Translations under genes and position numbers: made by a program
From: the human T2T-CHM13v2.0 reference genome, Homo sapiens
Strand: one strand, 5' to 3'
Length of the DNA: 64,000 nt
NCBI RefSeq assembly: GCF_009914755.1
Contig: NC_060934.1
In this document: piece by piece, positions 13,779-28,124 of the stretch
Layout of the letters: each line of letters opens with the position of its first letter
Position numbering within the stretch: position 1 is the stretch's first letter
Notes under the pieces: model-generated
The model's database searches: none
What the model was told of the DNA's origin: nothing
What the model saw: only the letters and a program-made list of their open reading frames with translations

Positions 13779-15421
13779 GAGGAATTTCTCCAATATACTC
13801 AGGGTGAATGAAATGTTTGGGTCTTCTCTACTAATTACAAGCAAATGGACATTTTCTGGGCAGTTCTGCCAGTTCTCGCTGGTACTCAGACAAAACACCT
13901 CTGGATGCTACAATCAAGTAGAGTGGCATGTAGCAGGCTTCTGAGTGGGATTTTTCATTTCTTGTTTTGTTACACAGGAATTGAAGAGTAAAGCCCACCA
14001 GTAAGTGTCAAGAGACATTGTGTTTCATAGTCTTAAAAATCCAGTCATTTGTTCCTTGTTAAGAGAATCACTTTTAGAAATTAGGGTTGCCTGCAAGGGG
14101 AGACAGGCATCTTCTTTCCTGTCTGGATTTTTGCTAAGCTATTAAACCCAAGACCCATGCCAGGTATCTGGGGAGGAGTTGGATGAAAGATTCCTTGAGA
14201 GAGCTGCAAGTGAACCTATAGAGAGATTTGGAACATCTGGAGATTTTCAAAGGTGGTTGGCCTTCTGCTGTAGACTGACAAAAGGGTTTAAGAAGGACTT
14301 GTGGGGTAGTGGGCTGTGGAAGAGAAGAGGGAAAACCCTACCCTGGTTCTCCGAGGTGTTTGGAGAAGGAGAACCTTTGAGATTCCCATAGATGCACATG
14401 AAGGATCATGCAATAAGAGAAGGCAGAGGCAGAAGTGTGGGCTGGCTAGGATGCAAGTGGGGAGGCTGAGGCCACAGCCTGCTATCAGGTGAAGAGAGAC
14501 ACAGGCACCCGTCTGTATGGAGGGTCTTCACCACAGAGAGTAAAATTGAGCCCTGCCCCTACCAAAATTTCATAATACTAAAACCACGTACAATGGAGAC
14601 CTCTATTTCATAGAAGGACCCCTGCTTCCAATGGAAGCTGATGAACCAGAGAGAATCCACAGAATTCCCTGCTCACTGTGCCAGCAGTCATGAAAGATGG
14701 TGTCATATCCCACTGTCCCCTCTTCCCCCATCTCAACCTCCCACCCTTTGAGAGGGAAGAAAGAAGGTGTGGGTGCATTGTTTATGGTAGTCTTGGTACT
14801 GGAATGGAAGGAGGAAGCAAAGGGCAGACCCTGCCCCTTCTCTTCCAAGTCCCCAGATAGCCCTGCCAAGCTTGAACGAAGGGAAAGGGAAGAACCGAGA
14901 TTTACATTGAGTCTGAGATTGACATATTAGACTGGATAGGATTTTTTAAAACTTGTTTTATTGTGGTAAACATACATAACATAAAATTACCATTTTAGCC
15001 ATTTTTAGATATACACTTCAGTGTCATCGCATATATTAATATGGTTGTGCAGCCATCACCGAAACATTTTCTTCATCCCAAGCTGAAACTCTGTACTCAT
15101 TAAACACTAACTCCCTATTCCCTCCTCTCCCCAGGCCCTGGTAACCTCTATTTCTGTCTGGATAAATTTGCCTATAACAGGTACCTTATATAACTGGAAT
15201 TATACAGTATTTGTCCTTTTGAACCTGGCTTATTTTATTTAGCCTATTTTCAAGGTTCATCCGTGTTGGAGCATGTGCCAGAATTCAACTGTTTTTAAGG
15301 CTACACAATACTCCATTGCATGTATATACAACATTGTGTTTATCCGTTCAAATTGTTGATGGACATTGGGATTGTTTCCACCTTTTGGTGAATAATGCTG
15401 CTTTGGACATTGGTGTACCAA

Positions 15422-15764
15422 TGTGTTAGACCATTCTTGCATTGCTATAACAAATACCTGAGACTGGGTAATTTATAAGGAAAAGAGGTTTAATGGGTTT
15501 AATGGTCTGCAGGAGCCTGCAAGTCACATGGTGAGAGACGAAACAAGAGGGAGAGAGTGAGGGGGCACACCACACACTCTAAAACAACCAGATCTCAGGG
15601 GAACTCACTCACAATTGTGAGGACAGCACCAAGAGGATGGTGCTAAACCATTCATGGGAAATTCATCCCTATGATCCAATCATCTCCTACCAGGCCTCAC
15701 CCCCAACATTGGGGATTACACTTTAACATGGGATTTGAGGGGGACAAATAGCCAAACTATATCA
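15422..15764 (-). mobile_element. MST-type MaLR LTR
   Basis: ATACCTGAGACTGGGTAATTTATAA...CCAAACTATATCA. Confidence 0.85.
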
Positions 15765-16005
15765 ACTAGTGTCTGTTTGAGTCCCTGCTTTCATTTTATT
15801 TTAGGTATCTGCCTAGGAGCGGAATTGCTAAATCCTATGGTAATTCTCTGTTTAACTTTTTGACGAATTGTCAAACTGTTTTCCATATTGGCTGTACCAT
15901 TTTACATTCTTATCAGCAATGCACAAAGGTTTCAATTTCTCTTCATTCCTCCTCAACACTTCTTTTCTTTTTTTTTTTTTTTTTAAATAATCGTCATCCT
16001 TATGG

Positions 16006-16449
16006 GGACAAATACTCCCTCTTTGATCAGACATTAATTAGGCTGCTGTAAGCCCTCTTTTTCACTGGGCCTTGTCCTTAGCCCTGTCTTTCGCCTGTCT
16101 AGTCCAATGGTAGCAAGAATCTTGCTAATTCAGTTTAGCAAGAATCCCCCCACTCTTAATATCTCAGCCAGTTCCTCATCCCCCACCTTTGATGTAGAAG
16201 TCCCCAACCTGCCTTCAGCAAGAATCCTAAGTCAGTTCAGCAAGTCTTCCTATCCGTGATGTCACCTGTTTTAGTTTTCTACCCACTGACCCCTCACTCT
16301 GCTCATTGGCTAGAAGCCTCCAGCTGCCTTTGCTACCTTGAGCCTGAGCTCTCTCCCCTATTGTGATAGCCTTGACACCTATTGCAATCGTCCTAAATAA
16401 AATCTTCTTGCTATTTTAACAAGCTTCAGAATATTTTTTTTCTTTAACA
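16006..16449 (+). mobile_element. MER31-like ERV1 LTR
   Basis: Repeated AGCAAGAATCC units, AATAAA, ...TTTAACA end. Confidence 0.7.
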
Positions 16450-16643
16450 ATGAGTGTGAAGTCATATCTCATTGTGGTTTTGACTTGCATTTCCTTAATG
16501 GCTATGGATGAGTAACTGGGTGAGCTTTTAATATCTGAAAGTATGTAGCAAACGTGGTATCTGCCTCAAATTTAAGGGACAGGAAAGGGATTTTTGGCAG
16601 AACATGGTTGAAGACAAAGTATTTTAAAAAATAAATAAAGACA

Positions 16644-16942
16644 GGCCAAGTATGTTGGCTCATGCTTACAATCCCAGCATTTGGGAGGCTGGGGTGGGGA
16701 ATCATTTGAGGCCAGGAGTTCCAGACCAGCCTGGGCAACATAATGAGACCCCATCTATACAGAAACTTTTTTTTTTTTAATTAGCTGGGTGTGCTGGCAC
16801 ACACCTGTGGTCCCAATTACTCAGGCGGCTGAGATGAGAGGATCACTTGAGCCCTGGAAGTAGAGGTTACAGTGAGTTATGATCATGCCACCGCACTCCA
16901 GCCTGGGCAACAGAGCTAAACCCTTTGTCTAAAAAAAAAAAA
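16644..16942 (+). mobile_element. AluJ
   Basis: Alu dimer with J-type diagnostics. Confidence 0.95.
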
Positions 16943-16944
16943 TA

Positions 16945-17419
<475 letters not shown>

Positions 17420-19372
17420 TTACAGGCAATCCTTGCTTGGACACAGATTTATAAAAAGCCAGGCCTGTTAACTGTCTTCTAGGGGTAAGAGAAACCTAGG
17501 TCTTCAGCACTCAACCAACCTCTTAAGACATCAACACACACAACAAGAAATTGGGTGGAAAGTGAGGTACATGGGGACATTATTTCTTCCTGCCTCCATC
17601 CTTAATCCCTCATCTTCAAGCATTCTTTGCTTTTCATCCAAATGAAATCAACTACTACTGGGCAGCTGAATGATGGGGGAGAGGGCACTGGTGAGAAATC
17701 CCTAAAGAGAAAGGCAATGCGAGTCTAGTTTTATTGAAATAAAGATGAGGATGTCCCGCCAAGAAGGCAGGGCAAAGTTGGCTGCTGGAATTGCAGACAT
17801 AAGAACTCTCTCCAAAGCATGCCACTGCACAATCCCCCATGGGGCTAATGTCTGCAAAGTGGCACTGGCCTTTTATGAATTGTATTAATTACACTCTTAA
17901 GCCCCATGCAAATTGCAAAATCATTTTTTCCAATTGAGTTAATGAAGCCAGTTTAGTACAGGCACGCTGTCTTTCAGCAGAAAATTAGCCCGGCACATTT
18001 GTTTGTAGATAGCAGAAATGTGGTGGAAGGTTTTCCTGGGTTATGACTGCAATACATCCTGGGTTGCCTGCCTTGCAATTTTTCTTCTCTGTGAGTATCA
18101 TCCATTTCCCTCTGACTGAGCCGGATGTGCAGGGGGACTGTCACACTTTCCGATGGTGTTTTATCCATCACTGGGGAGCTGAAAATTCATTCTCAAAGTT
18201 TCGATACTGAGAGATGTTATTATCACTTGGAAACTTTCACTGAAAATAAGAGTCTTTGAAAGTGGTTGACCGCTTCCTGACTGATCTGACCTGCTGACAG
18301 CCTCGGCCTCCTTTCCTCAAGAACTCCAGGCAGCAAAAGAGAAACCGTCTCCCTCTCACCTCCCAGGTCTCTGCACAGGCACCATAGCTCTGCAAGGCTT
18401 CCTCTGCATTCTTTAGACCTTGCAGTCTGGAAAGCAGCTAGCCTGAACTATTCAATAGGGCCTGTGGCAATTTTGCTGCCCTGGCATTTTCAAACACTTA
18501 GGATGCCTTTGTGTGGCTTAGAAAAAGATGTCTTCTCTGGGCAGAGGAATTGCAATTAGCCACCCCTCTGGGAAGCACCTCTTTCTCTGCACTGTGCCTG
18601 CCCCATCCCTACCCACCCACTGAAGGCTTCAACAGGACCCAACTCACACGCCTGCTCCTGGTGGCCTTTCCTACAAGGACAAGTCACAATATGAGAATAG
18701 GCAAAGTTTGTCATTAGTGTTTTATAAGCTCCCTCTTCTCCATTTCATTTCCTTGGAGCTCTAGTGGTGGAAGGAGATAACCCAATGAAGTACATTTATA
18801 TTAAAGTAAGAATGTCAGTTCATAGTTTAATGCGTTATCTCCTGGCAATTCATCTTTTATTGGGAAACTCTCTGAGTCATTCAAGTATTTCTGACCAAAG
18901 AAAAGGTTCAAAATGCTGGAGAATCCCCACACAATGGTCAGCCGGATTGCATTTGGGTGAGGGGGTTTGCGGGAGGGCCTCTCAGCCCAGACAACCCCAG
19001 CCAGTCCTGACCAAAGCAAGAACATATCAGCTGCCTGAGCTCAGCAGGAGATAGAATCTGGATTTGGTTTGAGATCCTACAAATTGCAGCATTTTCCTCT
19101 CTCCCCTGCCTCCCGCCATGTTAAACTATCCTTGGTCTCATTGCCTGGGGCTTCAAGTCTCTATTAGCATCCTTTGCTAGCCTTTGGCCTGGACACTTAG
19201 CCACATCCTCTCACAGAAGGTAGAGTTCTATACTCTAGAGCCCCTGCTACTGATGGGAGTCAGTCCACTTATTAGGAAACCAACTCTTCTCCCTTCCAGA
19301 CTCTGAATACTGACACCCTGGAGGGGGTCCACCTGCCTTTGCTGGTGCTCTCTCTGCATGAGATTGGGTGGC

Positions 19373-19739
<367 letters not shown>

Positions 19740-19959
19740 TAGCTTCCCTGATCCCTTGCACTGTGTACCTCAATTCATTCTTCTGATATCCCCACCTGTC
19801 CAGTCTCTCAAACCTGCCTTGACTTGTGTCAAAGTTTCTCAACATGGCGCCTCAAATCAGATTTGGTTGATGCCTGTTCTAAATACTAAGGGAGTTCCAG
19901 TCATTACACTAAAAAATGGTGATTTTTCATCCCATTTTATTGTCTCAACAATTTGTGTG

Positions 19960-20115
19960 AACTAGATAGGATAAGCATTGCTACTCCAGAGGAGAAACAG
20001 TCATAGATGAGCAAACACAAGTTCAAAGTGACCTGCCCAGAATCACGCAGCTAACCAGGGATAGAGTGGAGATGAGAACTTAGGTCTCCTGGCTTTTGTC
20101 CCAGTGCTTTTAACT
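19960..20115 (-). mobile_element. MIR fragment
   Basis: AAGTGACCTGCCCAGAATCACGCAGCTAA core. Confidence 0.65.
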
Positions 20116-20745
20116 CCAGGACTTGTCACAGTGCCAGGCTTCTCTCATCGTCCATCAAAGTCCATTATAATCTGGAGAGATTGTTCCTATGGGAGAACAG
20201 AGCATGGGGCACTGAACTCCTGGCTCTACTGGTGAAGAATACTTGTCTTCCAATTTTGCAAAACAGAGCAAGTTCTTTGGGCTGCAAGTGGAAGGTGGCA
20301 GTTTCCAGAAAACAGAGAAGGTGCCATGTTGGAAGATAATTTAGATTTTTGACTTAGAAATGAGAAGGACCTCACGGTTTTGCCTCCAGCAGAGAACTCA
20401 CAGTGATCATGTTCTTGGCTCCTGCTGACATGTCTCGTGTACACTGGGCCCAGTGAGTCCTGCACACTCACTTGGCTGCACAGCTTCCCCCAAGGCCTCC
20501 TAAAGGAAATGAGACAGAGCTGTCAGGGCTGACCTAGAGAAGCACAGTTCTTAAATCCATGAAGCATACGATAGAAAGAGAGCAGTCACCCAATAATTGA
20601 TGGACAAATGTCTGAATGTTACGAAAACTAAATTTTTTTTAACTCTATTTCTATTTCAGGTCCCAAAATGAATGTGATCTGTTTATGTATCTATTTATTT
20701 AATTTGGTTAACCTTTAGCTTTATTTTACTCAGTACAGTTTAGAT

Positions 20746-20912
20746 GAGATGTCAGCAAATGTCTCTCTTAATGAACCAGCAGAGAATACGCTAGCCTTTG
20801 AGGGTCATACAGTTATATGAATGAAAGAGTATGGCTGTGTTCCAATAAAACTTTATTTACAAAAACTGCTGGCAGCCCAAATTTGTGCTGAGGCCATAGT
20901 TTGCCAACCCTG
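20746..20912 (+). mobile_element. MER58A (hAT), internally deleted
   Basis: GGCTGTGTTCCAATAAAACTTTATTTACAAAAAC...TTTGCCAACCCTG; perfect 8-bp TSD GTTTAGAT. Confidence 0.9.
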
Positions 20913-23169
20913 GTTTAGATTATTGATATTATTTTTGCGTTTCTCAAGACTCACAAGCAGGGAGCATTTGTATAAACTCCACACTCACTCAAAACCATTA
21001 CTCCAAGCCTAAAGGTCTTACAAGAAATGAAAATCCACCAACAACCGGCAAGAAAACACTCCTACAAAATTCAGAAATGAAATCTTTGTTTACTATTCCA
21101 TTTCCAAAATCAACTGATTGCTCAAGTAAGAGGGTGTACAGCCGTTAAAAACATAATTAATGGAAATAATTTGCATTACACAAGAATATTAGAATTCCAG
21201 AAGCCATCTTTTATAGGAAAAGTTAAATGCTTTTCAATCTCTGATAAAGGTAGATGCTTTATCTAAACCACTCAATAAAGACAACTGTGACAAAGAAACA
21301 TAGGCAATAAATAAATGTTCTTTAACTTTTTAAATATAAATATTAGCTACAATTTCATCTATATTATAAATATGTTAAATCATAAAATATGAATAAATAT
21401 GAATGTTATAGGAATACACACACACACACACATAAATCTCCTTAGCTATTTGTGGAAATGCTGCCTGCTGGACAGTATCCACTTCAGCAGGGTTTGAAGG
21501 TTTGAACAGTTCTCAGCACTTTTATCTTCCATGGCTGTCAGGAAACTGACTCCTCACCTCTATGTCATATTGCCTTCTAGAAGCGAGAGGTGTTATTAAT
21601 GGGAATATGTTGCTCAGGTAAATGGTGTCAGGAATGAAAAAAAGTTTGAGATCTTCTGCACTAAAGCAATTAGCTCCTGTGAGTCAGTGATAATAGGTTG
21701 ACTTTCTACGTGTCTGGGTTTCTTGTAGAGGCCTGGATCCACAGAGCACATTCAGAGATGGGTGGTCTCTCTTTTCAGACACCATGCACTTCCTTAATGC
21801 AGATTGTGAAAAAAGAACACAGTATAACTACAAAAACACCATGTCCAACTTCATGAAGGCTGTTATCTTTGTTCGTGTAAGATGTCAGTGAAAATGGTGA
21901 AATGAGTGAATAAAAACCAAAGGTTTGTGATGTGCAAGGCTTTATTCTGTGGCTCTGCATGAGCTGCAAAGAAAATAAAACATGTGAAAAGATGAGGCAT
22001 CCCTGAATGACACCTTTAATCAAGTCATTGTGCCTTTCTTAAATTTTCCATCACAAAGGCAACAAAAAACAGAATCCAGATTGGAAAAAAATGTTCATCC
22101 CCTACTGTGGAGATCAGCCAGCAGAGTGTTCTTACCCTCTACAAATTTACTAAATCTATACATGGGCCCCAAAGTTAAGCTCTTCCTGAGACCAGATTCA
22201 ATTTAAGCCCTGGTTCTATGCATGTAATTAACTATCTCTGTAAGAATTTGAAATACCAAAATGGATTGCATATGCTTGGCATTTTTGCAGGCGTATAAAT
22301 TGCATACTTTAAGCAAGGAGGGTGCCTCTTTCTGAATTCACCGGTGGTAGTTTAGGCAAGTTCTTCATGTAAATGCACATCCTGATGCATGAGGGAAAAA
22401 GGCCAGTCTCCCCAATTTCTTTGAAGGTTTTCGAAGCAGTCTTCATTGAAATAAATGTACTGGAAACAGCAGAAGTAGAAAAAACGGCACAAAGGTGATC
22501 ACGTTTGCATAAAGAAGTCATTAGGAAGGTGTGCCAATGGAACAATTGTGTGATGTTGCATAACAAATGCACACTTTTTCGTTTAGTTATTTTAAAGATT
22601 CCATTTATCTAGTCGTTTTTTGCATTTAAAAAACATGATGCCAAATGATTCTCCATTCCTAAGATGCCAGCAGTTCTTGAAAATGCATTCACAGAATGAT
22701 TAAAAGTATAATAAAAGAGTAAATCCCAATGTAATATTTATCCAGCCAGAATTTTCAGTGTGGAAAAAAAAAATCTGAACCCATCCCATCTCCCAATTGG
22801 TGCAATCACATCTTAATAAAGGACATATTTTAAACGTAGGCTGTTAAAAAACAGTGAACAAAACCAGAAAGAGAACTTCAAAACTCCCCCCAAATGCCTC
22901 CAAAACACAGACTCCATAGACTAGAAGCTCAATGAAACTTAGTATAGGCCCTGCCCTCTCCTCTCCAGGTCTCTGTTAGGTCTCTGCCCCATTGATGGCA
23001 GAGCAGCTGTTGTCCTCTGAGAGGGCCAAATTCAGTCCACTGCACATAGAACAATAATTGTAAATTCCCCGTGAGCACACTAAAGACTCAGCCTCACAAG
23101 TAATCAAAAACCAGATTAAAAGGAGAATGATTTTTCTTGTCTATCAAATTAGCAACAAGTAGATGCTTA

Positions 23170-23775
23170 ACTGATTTTGCTTCTACGCTTGCCGCCTGTG
23201 GTCTCACCCGCACGTAGCAGCCTGAGTGATCCTGATGAAACCCCAGACACGCGGAGTCTCTCTCCTGATTAGGACCTTCCAGGGCCTCCTTCCCCACTAA
23301 GAATCAGGCCCGCTATCACCTGCCACCCCCTGGCTGCTGTTCCAAGAGCCTGCTCACCTCCTTGCTGTCTCTCTCCGCTCACTCTAACCCCACTGCTAGT
23401 CCCTTGACATTATGGAGTGAGCTGATCTTAAGCCCCTTATATTCGTTCTTCCTGCTGCCTGGAACGCTGTTTCCTTGGGTCTCTACGAGGCTTCCTGTCA
23501 TTCTGCTCCAGCTCAGGTGTCAATTTCCTGTCTCAACTGAATAGAGAGCATCCCATCCAAAATAGCATCCCCCTGCCCTCCAGCCCCTCCCCTGCTCTCT
23601 TCTCTGCACAGGTCTTAACCATTGCACGATGTTACAGTGCATATTCATTTATTTATTTTTGCCTGTGAAGTGCCTTGAAGACAGGAAATCTTTTTTGTTG
23701 TTGCTCGTGGCTGGATCTCAAGTGTACAGAACCGTACCAAGCACACAGTAAATACGTGCTGATGATGGAAAGGAT
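23170..23775 (+). mobile_element. L2 3' region
   Basis: Pyrimidine-rich L2 motifs (CTGCCTGGAACGCTGTTTCC; GCACACAGTAAATAC). Confidence 0.7.
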
Positions 23776-24049
23776 TTAAATGGCATGACCTGGTGTCACC
23801 AAGGCTATTCTCCACGTGTTCCCTTTCAAGGACCGTGGGGAGAGATGTTGGTACAATCACGATGGGAAATAATCTGGCAATGTTACCAAATGCCTCTAAC
23901 ATGTTTCTATCCTTGGACTCAGTTTACCACTTTTAGAAATTTTAGAAATTTACACTCGAGATCAGCAATATGGGCAAAGATTTACATAGAAAGATATTTA
24001 TATTAGAGTGGTATTTTCAACAGCAAAAATGAGAAATGATGGGAATAAA

Positions 24050-24250
24050 TAGTAATAGCAATAATGATATAGAATAGCTACTATTGATGGAGCAGTTCTG
24101 AAGTGTTGGGTAAGATGCTAAGTGCTTTAAACATTCTAAGAACCAGTTATTTGCAATTTAAAATGAAGACACTGAGGCAACTTGCCCGAGTCATCACCTG
24201 GTAAATTTTATAAAAAGTTAGAAATCAAGTTCTTGCTTCTCAGCCTGAGC
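24050..24250 (-). mobile_element. MIR
   Basis: ATGAAGACACTGAGGC...ACTTGCCCGAGTCA core. Confidence 0.65.
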
Positions 24251-24619
24251 TAAGAAATAAACAAATAGCAAGGCCAACATCACTTGTTGAGGACTTTGAC
24301 AGAATCATCAAACAAGGCAAGCATTTTGCCTTACTCCGGGGGAGGGAGGTCAAAGGTATTGTTGAGCACCCAGGGTCACAGTTGTTCCTTCTGATCCAAA
24401 CAACCCTAGATCCCCTGTGCCAGGCACAGGAAACTTTATCCCTTCGGTTCTCTGAAACTCTGTGCATGGAGCCAGCACGAGGACTTTTGCAAACATTTAT
24501 CACTGACCTTTAAGAGGTCCACATTAAGCAAACAAACTCTTTCCTCTGCCCCACCCTCTCTTCTTCCTATTGTTGCCAGGGTCTATGGTTTCCTCTTGAA
24601 TCTCTGAGCTATCCTCCAT

Positions 24620-25153
24620 GGAGTCTCACTCATTTCCTGTCCGGGGAGCCTTGGCATCTGATCTGCAGGCGGCAGGCGCAGGAGCCAGCAGCCCCAGGGG
24701 CTGTTTCTCCTTCCTCATTGTCTTCGGGGAAACCGCAGGGCTGTTCTCCTCCCCTTCTGCCCAAAGGCCACCGTCACGAGAACCCAGCCCTCTGGTAGGA
24801 GGCCATCTGGCCCTGCCACCAGACCTGTTGATGGGTTGGCAACCGTCCCTTCCTCCTGTCTCCCCACTGCACCCCTCCACGCCTCCGCTCCACAAGAGGA
24901 AACTCTTAGCATCCCAGATGCTTGCAGCTTCGCCTGACTCCTCCAGTCCTCGGCTCCATATGGTCTGGATTCACTCTTTGAAATGGCTCAGCCTCTAATT
25001 CCCCATATTCTGTTCATGTGCTCATTTTAAGACTGTGTCCCATTGCCATGCTTGCTGCTGCTACATTTTAAATTGTTTTAATTTAAAGCTGATGCTGCTG
25101 GGCTAATTAATGCAACCGCTGCTAACCACGTGCACACATACATACTCGGAGGG

Positions 25154-25198
<45 letters not shown>

Positions 25199-25400
25199 GA
25201 AGGGAAAGTTCCCTTCACATGGTTTCTTCTTGTCCCCAGAAATCTGAAAATCTCTTTGTCTTGGTACTTGTCCCAGCAACATCACTCTCTTCCTCTTTCT
25301 TTGGCCTATTCTTAGAATAAGGATATTTTGCAAAAAGAATAGGGGTATTTTGCAAAAAGCCACGGCCTCCTACCGTGCCAATTCTTGGAACAGCTACAAG
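24620..25400. promoter_or_regulatory. Candidate cis-regulatory element (CpG-retaining unique sequence with a motif cluster)
   Basis: About 15 CpGs in 24640-25150; E-box CACGTG, TAATTA, kB-like GGGAAAGTTCCC, two TTCYNRGAA sites. Confidence 0.35.
25155..25196 (+). repeat. (TG)21 microsatellite
   Basis: Direct count. Confidence 0.98.
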
Positions 25401-25973
25401 AAACAAGACCCTCTTAGCCCAATTAGGGGAGTCAAACTGACCCAACTGCATACTTTCCTAAAGTTGACTGTGAACATTTCCGTCAGCATCGTTCCGATGT
25501 CTTTCCCTGCCTCTTTCTGGCTCTTTCCCTCCTACCTACCTTCAAACAGCCAAAGACCCCCGATTGCAAGGAAGGGTTATAGACCCTTTCTCCATTGCCT
25601 GCCTCCCGTGTCAATTCCTTCTTCCAGTCTTTCTGGGGGGGAAAAGGAACAATATGGTTAGTTCATTCAAGTATTCATAGTTGTTGGCCAATAGTAATAT
25701 CAGGCAATAATCCTATCATTTAGTATTTTATTAAAATAGCAACAATATCTTAACCCAAAGGATTTATTAATACAGGGATGTCAAAATGATAGGAAAATAT
25801 TTTTATATAAAAATTTTATATATCACCTCTCAGTTTGGTTTGTTTTTTGGCCTCTCTCCTATGACACCAGACTTCCGGGCAATCCTTGGCTCTGACCTTG
25901 GCACCTGGAAACAGCATGAATGTCCTTGAAGTTGGAGCCTTGAAGCTACTCAGGACTGCTCCACTCACCATAG

Positions 25974-26294
<321 letters not shown>

Positions 26295-27144
26295 TAACGT
26301 TTTCTGGTAGCACAAATGTTCAAGTGAACAATCTGGAAGATCAGATGAGAACCTAAATATGGATTATTTTCCAGAAGTGAGAATCAAACATGAATTTCCT
26401 CCTCATTCTTTGATTTAAGTGGGGGTTTTCCTTTTCTTTTTGTTTCTCTCAAGGCAGGATGAAGAAGCAAAGGCAGGCTAACTGTCATGGAGCCAGAGGA
26501 CGAGGCCTCCTTTTCAATATTGTTTTTATTGATGAACAGCCATCTCACTCCATTTCCTGGCTGCGGTGCACTCAATTATATTTTCAGGATTGTGTGCCAC
26601 CGAGTTCACACTGTCTTCTTCTTTTAGAAACTGCCTGGAATTATAAACAAAGGGGAATGCATTTTTAAGGAGTAAGGACAGGGAAGTCAGAATTACTGTG
26701 TCTCTCTGATTGCAGACAAATGACAATTTATTGAGCTTGCAAAGCCTGCCTGGATGGTGTCTTTGTTCTCGGTTTTATTTCTCCAGCATAGAAGGATGCC
26801 CTGTCTCCTTGCTAGAACAGGCTTGCTCTAAGGAAGGTCATTCCTGGTTACTAGAAATACAGAAGGCTGCACATGGACCAGTGTGCAGAGGCAGATGGGC
26901 CCGTGCCCAGGCCCCAACACTGGACCACGCTAGAACCACGAGTTGACTCAGACATAAAAACCAGTCAAATGAATCTGCCAGCACCATAAGTTAAGAGAGT
27001 TGGTTGGTTAATGTGACCTCAGTGTGGTAAAGTGAATGGAAAGGCCAGTAGCCAAGAGGCCTGGGTTTAATTTTAGCTCTGCCATCTGCTGCCTACAGGT
27101 CATGAAGTGCTTCTTTAGTGTCCCTTCAAGGGTTGGTTTCCTGA

Positions 27145-27570
27145 TGAAACCAGCCCAATTGTCCCATAGAAATGATATCTATGGGTTTTTTTAATAAACA
27201 TAGAAATTTACCCTGCCAGTTTTGAAACTTAAAATTTATATTTGTCTCATCTGAGTTTCTCTCTTAGCAAACTGACCCTCAGACAAGAGAAAGAAATTCA
27301 GCAGATCACCGCCAATGAGATGACAGACCCCTCATTCCTCACGACTGCTTCCTTATCCCTCCGTAATTCCTGTTTTATATTCCTCCCCTGCTATATAAAC
27401 CCAGCAATTCTAGTCTCCTTGAAAGACAGATTTTAGACTAATCTTCTGTTTTCTGCAGCTGTAGCATCCGATTAAAGCCTTCTTCCCTGGCAATACTTGT
27501 TGTCTCAGTGATTGGCTTTCTGTGCAGTGAGCAACATGACCTAGACCAAGCCCCTGGGGTTTCAGTAACA
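27145..27570 (+). mobile_element. ERV1 MER4-group solo LTR (LTR54-like)
   Basis: TGAAAC...GTAACA termini, TATA (TATATAAA), ATTAAA; same family as 50638-51134. Confidence 0.75.
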
Positions 27571-27638
27571 CTAATCAGCGGCATAGGCTGGGAAAATATA
27601 CCTCTGGGATGCTGTCAGGAGGATGAGGTAAAAGGTCA

Positions 27639-28124
<486 letters not shown>

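Larger units (their letters stand above)
14950..16505 (-). mobile_element. L1MB-like 3' end, interrupted by MST and MER31-like LTRs
   Basis: Antisense L1 3' UTR/ORF2 (TTTATTGTGGTAAAA...CTCATTGTGGTTTTGACTTGCATTTCC). Confidence 0.85.

Noticed and set aside
14150-14940. Purine-rich stretch resembling a very old LTR
   Set aside because: Termini, TSD and family could not be established by eye
24244-24316. Peptide PELRNKQIARPTSLVEDFDRIIKQG resembling the start of a DOK-type PH domain
   Set aside because: Only about 5 residues match, the acceptor is MIR-derived, and no downstream PH-domain exon could be found
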